A DNA stretch of 15,058 bases from Promethearchaeota archaeon (GCA_016840165.1 JAEOSU010000015.1:1-15058), one strand, 5' to 3'; shown: positions 1 to 7,146, counted from the first letter of the stretch. The notes: a model not told the origin generated them from the letters alone. Translations and numbers: made by a program.

Positions 1-78
1 CCACATTTACGAGTATGAATCAATAAAATTATGAATATATAGAGAATCTTTATAAAGCATCTTATGAATCTAATATAA

Positions 79-94
79 AATCATTTAATAAAAT
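79..94 (+). promoter_or_regulatory. Candidate archaeal promoter (TATA-like TTTAATA with upstream AATCA) for HMG-CoA synthase
   Basis: AATCATTTAATAAAAT at 79-94 matches AATCATTTAATACAAT at 1848-1863, upstream of the next gene, at 15/16 positions. The AT-rich background limits certainty. Confidence 0.4.
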
Positions 95-132
95 ACTAAT
101 TTAATCAAATACTAATTTGATCAAACATTAGT
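91..132. repeat. 16-bp tandem direct repeat overlapping an imperfect inverted repeat; possible operator
   Basis: AAATACTAATTTAATC (91-106) and AAATACTAATTTGATC (107-122) differ at one base. TTTGATCAAA (116-125) is a perfect palindrome, and ACTAAT (111-116) / ATTAGT (127-132) are inverted arms. Confidence 0.55.
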
Positions 133-166
133 GTAAGAAACTATTAATGATTAAAGTGAAAATCTA

Positions 167-1795
167 ATGATTTCTAATGAATCTTTATTTTCGAATATTG
201 GCATCGATTCTGTGGGATTTTACGCTCCAAAAGGCTATATGAAGCTATATGACCTAGCAATAGAACGACAAGAGGATCCTGATAAATATCGGAAGGGTTT
301 AATGGCGTTAGAGATGAGATTGCCTGAAGTTGATGAAGACATAATTTCAATTGGATTAAAAGCAGGATATAATGCCCTACAAAGGGGGGGAATAAACCCA
401 AAAAGCATAGATGCTTTATTTGTTGGAACTGAAACGATTACCTATAGTGTGAAGAGCGTATCGAATATATTTGCAGAGTTGTTGGGAACGTCGACATATT
501 CGCTTACACAAGATTGTTATAATGCGTGTGCTGGTGGAACGCTAGCTTTACTTAATGCTATCGCTCTAATTGAAAAAGATGTGATAAAGCGTGCTCTTAT
601 AATAAGCGCGGATATTTCTTCATATGGGCTCGGAACCCCTAGTGAACCTACTCAAGGCTCAGGGGCAGTTGCTCTAGTAATTTCAAAAAATCCTCGGGTC
701 GCCGCTTTTAGTGAAAAATTTGGAAAAGTGTCTGGAAACGTCGATGATTTCTTTCGACCTGCCTATGAAAAAGACGCGAAAGCATTTGGTCGTTATTCAG
801 TAGATACCTACCTTAATTTTCAGTTACAAGCTTATGATGATTTAATTGAAAGTATAGGAGATTTTCATGCTGATTTTTATACCTTTCATGCACCATATTC
901 AAAATTACCCATTAAATGCATGCAACAAATTATTCAAAAACGTTGGATAAAACATATTAATAATCTTCCTAAGTTGAATAAAAATCAAATAGGTTCATCA
1001 ATCCTTAAAAAGCTTGATTCTTTTATGCATGATCTTACTATTTTACCAGAATGGTTATATTTAAAGCTAAGAGAAAGGGGATATTCTTCAGAATCATTAG
1101 AGAAAGTATCTTATAAGCTTATTAGAAATTTTAAAGGGAAAGTCCTTCCCCAATTAAGAGTTCCTTCCCATTTTGGCAATATGTATAATGCATCAATTTG
1201 GGCTCAAATTATTTATATTTTAGAAGAATATGCTCGTGTAAACGATATCATCTATTTCGGTTCCTATGGTTCAGGAGCGACATGTATTTCTGGTTTGCTA
1301 AAAGTGCAGCCAAAATTTGAAGGGATAGTGAGCAAAGCTCCCACGATTAACGATTTTATCAATAATAAAGTACGTAAAAGTGTACAAGAGTATGAAATAT
1401 TAAAAGAAGGAAAAACTTTTCCGAAGGTTTTATTAGGTGAAATTGTGGAGCATGAAAATAATAATCATCGAGGATTTACGCTTCATTTTTGTGATAAAGG
1501 CTGTATTATCCCGAGTATAAAAGGATTAGATCATTGTCCTAAAGGTCATAGCGGTTTTCACGAAATGTTCTTTCCTCTTTTCGCAGTTTTGAAATCAAAA
1601 CCAATAATCCATACGAATAATGGAGATCTTAGTCATCTTATGAAAGGTTTAGTAAGGATTAATGGCGATGTGTCAAAAGGGGCTGCGTTAGAATATGAAA
1701 TACGACGCATAGAGAATAAGAATGAAACAAATCCAAATGCTATTGGTTTATTGAATTGGACACCTGTTTATATTCCTACTAATATTTTATATTAA
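167..1795 (+). CDS. mvaS: Hydroxymethylglutaryl-CoA synthase (MvaS-like) with internal insertion and C-terminal Zn-ribbon/OB (DUF35-like) extension
   Basis: MvaS-like N-terminus IGIDSVGFYAP...DLA...DPDKY.KGL. Catalytic motifs VGTE(89)T, NAC(121)AGGT, EPTQGSGAVA, DFFRP, FH(241)APY, GN(338)MYNAS and SYGSG. About 120 extra C-terminal residues contain C442/C446/C457/H461. Confidence 0.92.
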   Translation: MISNESLFSNIGIDSVGFYAPKGYMKLYDLAIERQEDPDKYRKGLMALEMRLPEVDEDIISIGLKAGYNALQRGGINPKSIDALFVGTETITYSVKSVSNIFAELLGTSTYSLTQDCYNACAGGTLALLNAIALIEKDVIKRALIISADISSYGLGTPSEPTQGSGAVALVISKNPRVAAFSEKFGKVSGNVDDFFRPAYEKDAKAFGRYSVDTYLNFQLQAYDDLIESIGDFHADFYTFHAPYSKLPIKCMQQIIQKRWIKHINNLPKLNKNQIGSSILKKLDSFMHDLTILPEWLYLKLRERGYSSESLEKVSYKLIRNFKGKVLPQLRVPSHFGNMYNASIWAQIIYILEEYARVNDIIYFGSYGSGATCISGLLKVQPKFEGIVSKAPTINDFINNKVRKSVQEYEILKEGKTFPKVLLGEIVEHENNNHRGFTLHFCDKGCIIPSIKGLDHCPKGHSGFHEMFFPLFAVLKSKPIIHTNNGDLSHLMKGLVRINGDVSKGAALEYEIRRIENKNETNPNAIGLLNWTPVYIPTNILY

Positions 1796-1847
1796 ATTAT
1801 TTTTTGATTTTTATGATAAATCATGTTTTATATTATTCCTCATTTCC

Positions 1848-1863
1848 AATCATTTAATACAAT
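1848..1863 (+). promoter_or_regulatory. Candidate archaeal promoter for HMG-CoA reductase
   Basis: AATCATTTAATACAAT, near-identical to 79-94, about 50 nt upstream of ATG 1911. T-runs from about 1800 just after the upstream stop could be an archaeal terminator. Confidence 0.4.
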
Positions 1864-1910
1864 TTTACGGTTTAAGAAATGTAATTAATATTAGAGAAAG
1901 TGAATTTTTA

Positions 1911-3191
1911 ATGAAGAAATTTAGATCAGACGTTTCTGGTTTTTACAAACTTTCTATGGAAGAAAGATTAAAGCTTCTTTCTGAACTTGTACTTCTCACA
2001 CAGGATGAACAATTAATTCTTCGAAATTTGGGTTATTTTAAGACTTCCCAAATCGATACCCTTATAGAAAATGTAATCGGAAGCTTCCAACTTCCACTTG
2101 GTATTGCATTTAATTTTAGAATTAATGACAAGGATTATTTAATTCCTATGGCAATAGAAGAACCTTCAGTAGTAGCCGCGGCATCAAATGCTGCTAAAAT
2201 GGCAAGAAAGCATGGAGGTTTTTACTCAGAAAAAGTTAATTCAGTTATGATTTCTCAAATTCAAATTACTCAAATAGACAATATTGAAGACGCTAAAAAT
2301 ATCTTGATCAAGAATAAAGATGAAATTTTAGCTTTAGCAAATGAGCAAGATCCCCTTTTAAATAAATTAGGCGGAGGTGCTATTGACCTTGAAATCAGGG
2401 AAATTACCACTCGTAAAGGGAAAATGTTAATAGTGCATCTTCTTGTTAATGTATTAGATGCAATGGGCGCTAATGTAGTAAATACGATGGCCGAAGCAGT
2501 CACACCTTATTTAGAGAAACTTTCTGGAGGAAAAATTTATTTACGTATTGTTTCTAATTTAGCTACTGAGCGAATCGCTAGGTGTAAGGCAGTCTTTGAT
2601 AAGGAATCATTAGGGGGAGAAGAAGTAGTTGAGGGCATCTTAAATGCTTATGAGTTTGCTCTTGCAGATCCCTATAGAGCAACCACTCACAATAAAGGGA
2701 TAATGAATGGTATCTCTGCTCTTGCCTTAGCTACTGGGAATGACACTCGCGCTATTGAGGCAGGAGCTCATGCTTATGCCTCACTTGGGGGGAGATATGA
2801 ACCTTTAACAAAATTTAATACAGATTCTGAAGGAAATTTGATAGGAGAGATTGAATTGCCTTTAGCTTTAGGGATTATCGGTGGCATGACAAAAGTACAT
2901 CCCATGGCAAAATTAGCCTTAAAAATATTAAACGTATCATCCTCAGAAGAATTATCACAAGTTGCCGCAGCTCTCGGTTTAGCTCAAAATGTTGCGGCCT
3001 TGAGGGCATTAGCTTCTGAAGGGATTCAAAAAGGTCATATGGCATTACATTCCAGAAACATAGCTAAGATCGCAGGGGTGCCAGATAATTTAGTTGAAAA
3101 AGTGGCGCAAAAATTAATTCAAGATAAAAAAATACGTATAGATTACGCAAAAGAAATTTTAAATAAAATAAAGGAAGGAGAAATACTTTAG
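1911..3191 (+). CDS. mvaA: Class II (bacterial-type) HMG-CoA reductase
   Basis: Class II signatures SGFYKLS..ER, IENVIG, EEPSVVAAASNAAK, DAMGAN, SNLA, RATTHNKGIMNG and EGIQKGHMALH; 426 aa. Confidence 0.95.
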   Translation: MKKFRSDVSGFYKLSMEERLKLLSELVLLTQDEQLILRNLGYFKTSQIDTLIENVIGSFQLPLGIAFNFRINDKDYLIPMAIEEPSVVAAASNAAKMARKHGGFYSEKVNSVMISQIQITQIDNIEDAKNILIKNKDEILALANEQDPLLNKLGGGAIDLEIREITTRKGKMLIVHLLVNVLDAMGANVVNTMAEAVTPYLEKLSGGKIYLRIVSNLATERIARCKAVFDKESLGGEEVVEGILNAYEFALADPYRATTHNKGIMNGISALALATGNDTRAIEAGAHAYASLGGRYEPLTKFNTDSEGNLIGEIELPLALGIIGGMTKVHPMAKLALKILNVSSSEELSQVAAALGLAQNVAALRALASEGIQKGHMALHSRNIAKIAGVPDNLVEKVAQKLIQDKKIRIDYAKEILNKIKEGEIL

Positions 3192-3280
3192 TTTTATAAT
3201 AAGTGTTGCTTTAACCCTTTTAAGAAAACCAATTTTTTAGAAAAAATAGCACATTATAATAAAAATTAAGATGAGATATA

Positions 3281-4582
3281 ATGGTATTTAGAGATTATAT
3301 AAAAAAAATTGAAGAGGAAGGACTTCTTCGAAATGTAAATACGGAAGTTTCTAAAAAATTAGAGATTTCTGGTATTTTAAAAGCGATTGAACCAACTCCC
3401 GTGATTTTCAATAAAGTAAAGGAATCAAAGTATCGAGTTGTTGGCAATTTATATTGTACTAAGGATGCAATTGCTTCATACTTCGGAGTAAGCCCTACTG
3501 ATCTTATACCCATGCTAAGCAAGGCAATTACGGAGCGATCTGACCCTGAGGAAATATCTAAAGCACCCTGTCAAGAAGTAATAGAACCAAGTATAGATTT
3601 AGATAAATTACCGATATTATTTCATTGTGAAAAGGACGGAGGAAATTACATCAGTTCTGCAGTTGTTGTTACAAGAGATCCGGAATATGGTCAAAATTTA
3701 GATTTTCATCGAGCAATGCAGTTTTCCAAGGATAAATTTGCTACTCGAATTGTGAGAGGACGTAATTTTCATACCTTTTTAGAAAGAAACGATGAGCTTG
3801 AGGTAGCCTTTTGTATAGGAAATACTCCAAATATTATGATAGCTGGGGCAACATCCGTTGATATAGGTATTGATGAACTAACTATTGCAAATGCATTAGA
3901 ACCTATCAAGGTTGTGAAAGCAAATTCGGTGGATCTATATATTCCCGCAGAAGCTGAGTTTGTGTTAGAGGGAAAGGTTTATTTAGAAGAAAAACACACT
4001 GAAGGACCTTTTGTAGATCTTACTGAAACGTATGATACTATTCGAGAGGAACCTGTATTCGAAGTGAAAAAAATTACTCATAGAAAAAATGCAATCTGGC
4101 AAGCGTTATTGCCTGGAGCATTAGAACATAAAATTTTAATGGGAATGCCGAGAGAACCTACCATCTTTAAAAAGGTAAACGAGAATGGGGTTAAATGTTT
4201 GGATGTAAATGTAAATCCTGGAGGATGCTCATGGCTCCATGCAATCGTTCAGATTGATAAAAAATCAGAAGAAGATGGTAAAAAAGCAATTAAAGGAGCC
4301 TTTGAGGGGCATACTAGTTGTAAGCATGTTTTTATTGTTGATAGAGATATAAATATTTATGATCCCCTTTCTGTAGAATGGGCAATGGCAACTCGATTTC
4401 AGGGTGATGAACGTATTGTGATAAAGGATAAAGAGCCGGGAAGCAGTCTAGATCCGAGTGCTGAACCTGGAACAAAAATGACAACGAAAATAGGGTTTGA
4501 TTTAACAAAACCCTTAGTAGTTAAGGGGAAGAGTTTTGATATTGCAGAATTTCCTCAAGTAGATTTAAGTAAATACTTTTAA
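3281..4582 (+). CDS. UbiD-family prFMN-dependent decarboxylase, most likely trans-anhydromevalonate 5-phosphate decarboxylase
   Basis: UbiD motifs LDKLPIL..EKDGGNYI, PAEAEFVLEG, EGPFVD, VDRDINIYD...VEWAMATRF, SSLDPS and KIGFDLT. The specific function is inferred from its position among AcnX, mvk and ipk, with ubiX nearby. Confidence 0.88.
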   Translation: MVFRDYIKKIEEEGLLRNVNTEVSKKLEISGILKAIEPTPVIFNKVKESKYRVVGNLYCTKDAIASYFGVSPTDLIPMLSKAITERSDPEEISKAPCQEVIEPSIDLDKLPILFHCEKDGGNYISSAVVVTRDPEYGQNLDFHRAMQFSKDKFATRIVRGRNFHTFLERNDELEVAFCIGNTPNIMIAGATSVDIGIDELTIANALEPIKVVKANSVDLYIPAEAEFVLEGKVYLEEKHTEGPFVDLTETYDTIREEPVFEVKKITHRKNAIWQALLPGALEHKILMGMPREPTIFKKVNENGVKCLDVNVNPGGCSWLHAIVQIDKKSEEDGKKAIKGAFEGHTSCKHVFIVDRDINIYDPLSVEWAMATRFQGDERIVIKDKEPGSSLDPSAEPGTKMTTKIGFDLTKPLVVKGKSFDIAEFPQVDLSKYF

Positions 4583-4596
4583 TTAAAGAGGAATTA

Positions 4597-5793
4597 ATGA
4601 TGAAATTAACTACAGAAGAACAAGAAATGTTAGAAGGGAAGTATGGAAAAGCTGCAAAGAAATCAATGGAAATTTTAACCACTTTAGGCGATATATTTGA
4701 AGCCGATTCAATGGTCAAAGTTTACGGAGTACAAATTGCGGGTGTTTCTTATGCGAATCTTGGTGAAGCTGGATTAGAATTTTTAAGCGAAATGGCAGAA
4801 GATGGAAAGGTAAGAGTGTTAACAACCTTAAATCCCGCGGGAATGGATCGTGAAAATTGGCAAGCTTTAGGAATAGATGAGGAATTTGCTAAAAATCAAA
4901 ATCGAGTGATTGATGCCTTTGCTAAAATGGGCATAATTACTACCTGCTCGTGTACACCATATTTGATTGGAAATACGCCACATTATGGACAACATCTCGC
5001 ATGGGCCGAGAGTAGTGCAGTTTGCTATGCAAATTCCGTTATAGGCGCTCGGACCAATCGTGAAGGTGGTCCTAGTGCTCTTGCTTCTGCAATCACTGGA
5101 AAGACTCCTAATTATGGGTATCACTTAGATGCTAACAGATATAGTCAGGTTCACTTTAAAGTAAACACTCCAATTAGAGGGACCGATCAATTTGGCATAT
5201 TAGGAAAGATAATCGGGGACAAATTAGTGGAAATAGGAAAAAAAATACCTTACATCTCAGGAATACCAATTGCTACTATAGAAGAATTAAAATCCTTTTG
5301 CGCTTCGGTTGCCACATATGGAGGAACAGCATTATTCCATATGGAGGAAATCACTCCAGAATATGATAGATACCCAAAACCTAGCGATAACGTATTTAAA
5401 ATTGATAAGGACGATATGAATCAAGCCCGATTGGAGCTTATTGATGAGGATAGTGAAATAGACTTTGTCAGCATCGGATGTCCTCATGCATCTATCCACG
5501 AAATAGCTACTATTGCAGAGTTGTTAGAAGGAAAAAAAATCAAAAAAGAATTTTGGATAACTACAGCTAGACCAACGAAGAAATTAGCAGATGCTGCAGG
5601 ATATTCTAAATTAATTGAAGATGCAGGTGCTAAATTCGCAGCAGATACTTGTTGCGTAGTCGCTCCAATTAAAGGACGTTTTAAAGGAATCATGGTTGAT
5701 TCAGCAAAAGCATGTTATTACGGTCGAGCTAAAAATAAATTCAAAGTAAGAATTGGTACATTGGAACAATGTGTTGAGGAGGCAATAAAATGA
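4597..5793 (+). CDS. Aconitase X catalytic (large, DUF521) subunit = phosphomevalonate dehydratase large subunit
   Basis: LT.EE..ML.G..G N-terminus, TTLNP, TCSCTPY, AWAESSA, NSVIGARTNREG, GCPHAS and DTCCVVAP, with Fe-S Cys ligands present. Its stop overlaps the next start (ATGA 5790-5793). Confidence 0.92.
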   Translation: MMKLTTEEQEMLEGKYGKAAKKSMEILTTLGDIFEADSMVKVYGVQIAGVSYANLGEAGLEFLSEMAEDGKVRVLTTLNPAGMDRENWQALGIDEEFAKNQNRVIDAFAKMGIITTCSCTPYLIGNTPHYGQHLAWAESSAVCYANSVIGARTNREGGPSALASAITGKTPNYGYHLDANRYSQVHFKVNTPIRGTDQFGILGKIIGDKLVEIGKKIPYISGIPIATIEELKSFCASVATYGGTALFHMEEITPEYDRYPKPSDNVFKIDKDDMNQARLELIDEDSEIDFVSIGCPHASIHEIATIAELLEGKKIKKEFWITTARPTKKLADAAGYSKLIEDAGAKFAADTCCVVAPIKGRFKGIMVDSAKACYYGRAKNKFKVRIGTLEQCVEEAIK

Positions 5794-6179
5794 AATTAAT
5801 CGGAAGAAAAATATATAAAGGGATTGCTGAAGCTGAGGCTATAGTTACTAAAGATGGTATTTCATTTTATGGTGGTATTGATCCTGATACCGGAAAAGTA
5901 GTCGAAGTAGGACATGAGTTAGAAGGACAAACAATTTCTGGAAAAGTGCTTGTATTTCCCTCGGGAAAAGGGTCAACAGTCGGTTCATATACTATGTACA
6001 GAATGATGAAAAATAAAAATGCGCCAGCAGCAATTGTTAACAAGGAGATCGATACCATAATCGCTGTAGGATGTATTATCAGTGAAATTCCGTGCGTTGA
6101 TAAAATCGAGATTGATAAAATTAAAACTGGTCAAAATTTAATTGTAAATGGAATGGAAGGAACGGTTGAGGTGAAATAA
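5790..6179 (+). CDS. Aconitase X swivel (small, DUF126) subunit = phosphomevalonate dehydratase small subunit
   Basis: ISFYGGIDPDTG, GKVLVFP.GKGSTVGSY (catalytic Ser motif) and APAAIV; 129 aa, translationally coupled to the large subunit. Confidence 0.92.
   Translation: MKLIGRKIYKGIAEAEAIVTKDGISFYGGIDPDTGKVVEVGHELEGQTISGKVLVFPSGKGSTVGSYTMYRMMKNKNAPAAIVNKEIDTIIAVGCIISEIPCVDKIEIDKIKTGQNLIVNGMEGTVEVK
6168..6174 (+). promoter_or_regulatory. Shine-Dalgarno for the mevalonate kinase start at 6180
   Basis: GAGGTGA at 6168-6174, 5 nt before ATG 6180. The upstream stop TAA (6177-6179) abuts this ATG. Confidence 0.7.
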
Positions 6180-7146
6180 ATGGGAATTGGAAAAGGTTTT
6201 GGGAAGACCATACTATTTGGCGAAATTTATCTCCTACGTAAAGAATAAACGTCAACATTTTGTAGTTTATGGACTTCCAGCTATTGCATCTGCATTAGGG
6301 ACATATACAATAGCTCAAGTAAATGTTATAGAAGGTAATGGATGGACTGTCGATGATCAAAGACCAGCAACTCCTGGGTACAAGAAAGTAAAATATAAAG
6401 ATGCAATGCAATCCATTGAAAATGTGCTCAGTTATTTAAATATTAAAACTAATGATAACAGGCTTCAAATAGAATTCTCTGGAGACTTAGTAGCTGCAAG
6501 CGGCGTAGGTGCATCTGCTGCTCAATGTACCTCCTTAGCTCGCGCATTAAACGATACATTTAAAATTGACTTAGATGATGAACAGATAAATAATGCTGCT
6601 TATGAAGGTGAAAAAGCCTATCATGGAACGCCATCAGGTATAGATAATACAGCTTCGACCTATGGTGGTTTAATTTGGTTTGTTAAAAATTTGAGTGGTG
6701 GCAAGAACACTATGGAGCTCTTGAAATCTCCCATAAAAATACCTTTAGTAATTGGCAATACCGGTATAACCGCATCAACAACAGAGGTAGTGGCTGATGT
6801 ACGAAAATCAAAAGACAATGACCCCGTAAAATTTGAAAAAATCTTTAAAATATATAAGAATTTAGTAGAAGAGGCAAAACAAGCATTATTAGCAGGAGAT
6901 ATTAATATAATTGGTTCTTTACTTAATCAAAATCACAAATTATTACAAGAAATAAATGTATCGGGAGATTTGAATGATAAATTGGTGAAGATCGCTTTAG
7001 ATAACGGTGCTGTTGGAGCTAAAATGACGGGAACAGGAAGAGGAGGATTGATTATCGCTCTAGCGGAAAATCGTAATATTCAAGAACAAATTTCTAAAGC
7101 AATCATAAAAAAAGGATTTAATGCATGGAATACTAATATAGGATAA
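6180..7146 (+). CDS. mvk: Mevalonate kinase (GHMP family), split gene: join(6180..6224,6256..7146), 311 aa after removal of a 31-nt intron
   Basis: Exon 1 reads MGIGKGFGKTILFGE and exon 2 reads HFVVYGLPAIA..., rebuilding GHMP motif I (GKxILFGEHxVVYG). Also present: GDLVAASGVGASAA (motif II), HGTPSGIDN and AKMTGTGRGG (motif III). The ORF-track version starting at TTG 6187 has a non-homologous 23-aa N-terminus. Confidence 0.9.
6225..6255 (+). other. Putative archaeal bulge-helix-bulge (BHB) pre-mRNA intron, 31 nt (ATTTATCTCCTACGTAAAGAATAAACGTCAA)
   Basis: Central 4-bp helix GGCG(6219-6222)/CGUC(6250-6253) with 3-nt bulges AA^A(6223-6225) and AA^C(6254-6256). Intron stem UUUAU(6226-6230)/AUAAA(6245-6249). 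Cutting after the second bulge nucleotide on each strand removes exactly 6225-6255 and restores GGC GAA CAT (G-E-H). Confidence 0.85.

Noticed and set aside
1-60. Possible end or start of a neighbouring gene at the left edge
   Set aside because: Only very short open frames are visible, with no recognisable motif.
91-122. Tandem repeat as a CRISPR remnant
   Set aside because: Only two adjacent 16-bp copies with no spacer and no cas genes.
3192-3266. Possible hairpin in the HMGR-UbiD spacer (TTATAAT..GTGTTG / TAGCAC.ATTATAA)
   Set aside because: Weak, AT- and GU-rich pairing with a large loop; no recognisable RNA family.
3281-4582. UbiD/UbiX as ubiquinone or aromatic-acid decarboxylation genes
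   Set aside because: The context (AcnX pair, mvk, ipk, and no diphosphomevalonate decarboxylase in the window) fits the anhydromevalonate phosphate decarboxylase role much better.
6187-6255. ORF-track N-terminus of mevalonate kinase (TTG 6187, MEKVLGRPYY...)
   Set aside because: It lacks the GHMP motif I residues (GKxILFGE), which are encoded in another frame from ATG 6180. That ATG has a well-spaced SD and abuts the upstream stop.
6225-6255. Insert as a transposon footprint, local duplication or spliceosomal/group I/II intron
   Set aside because: Only a 2-nt (AA) terminal redundancy, no copy of the flanking sequence, no GT-AG ends, and far too short for a self-splicing intron.
6180-7146. 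mvk as a pseudogene, sequencing frameshift or programmed ribosomal frameshift
   Set aside because: A 1-nt error or frameshift would still leave about 10 extra residues inside the invariant GEH motif. The rest of the gene is intact, and the 31 nt are bounded precisely by BHB cut sites. Not formally excluded without reads.
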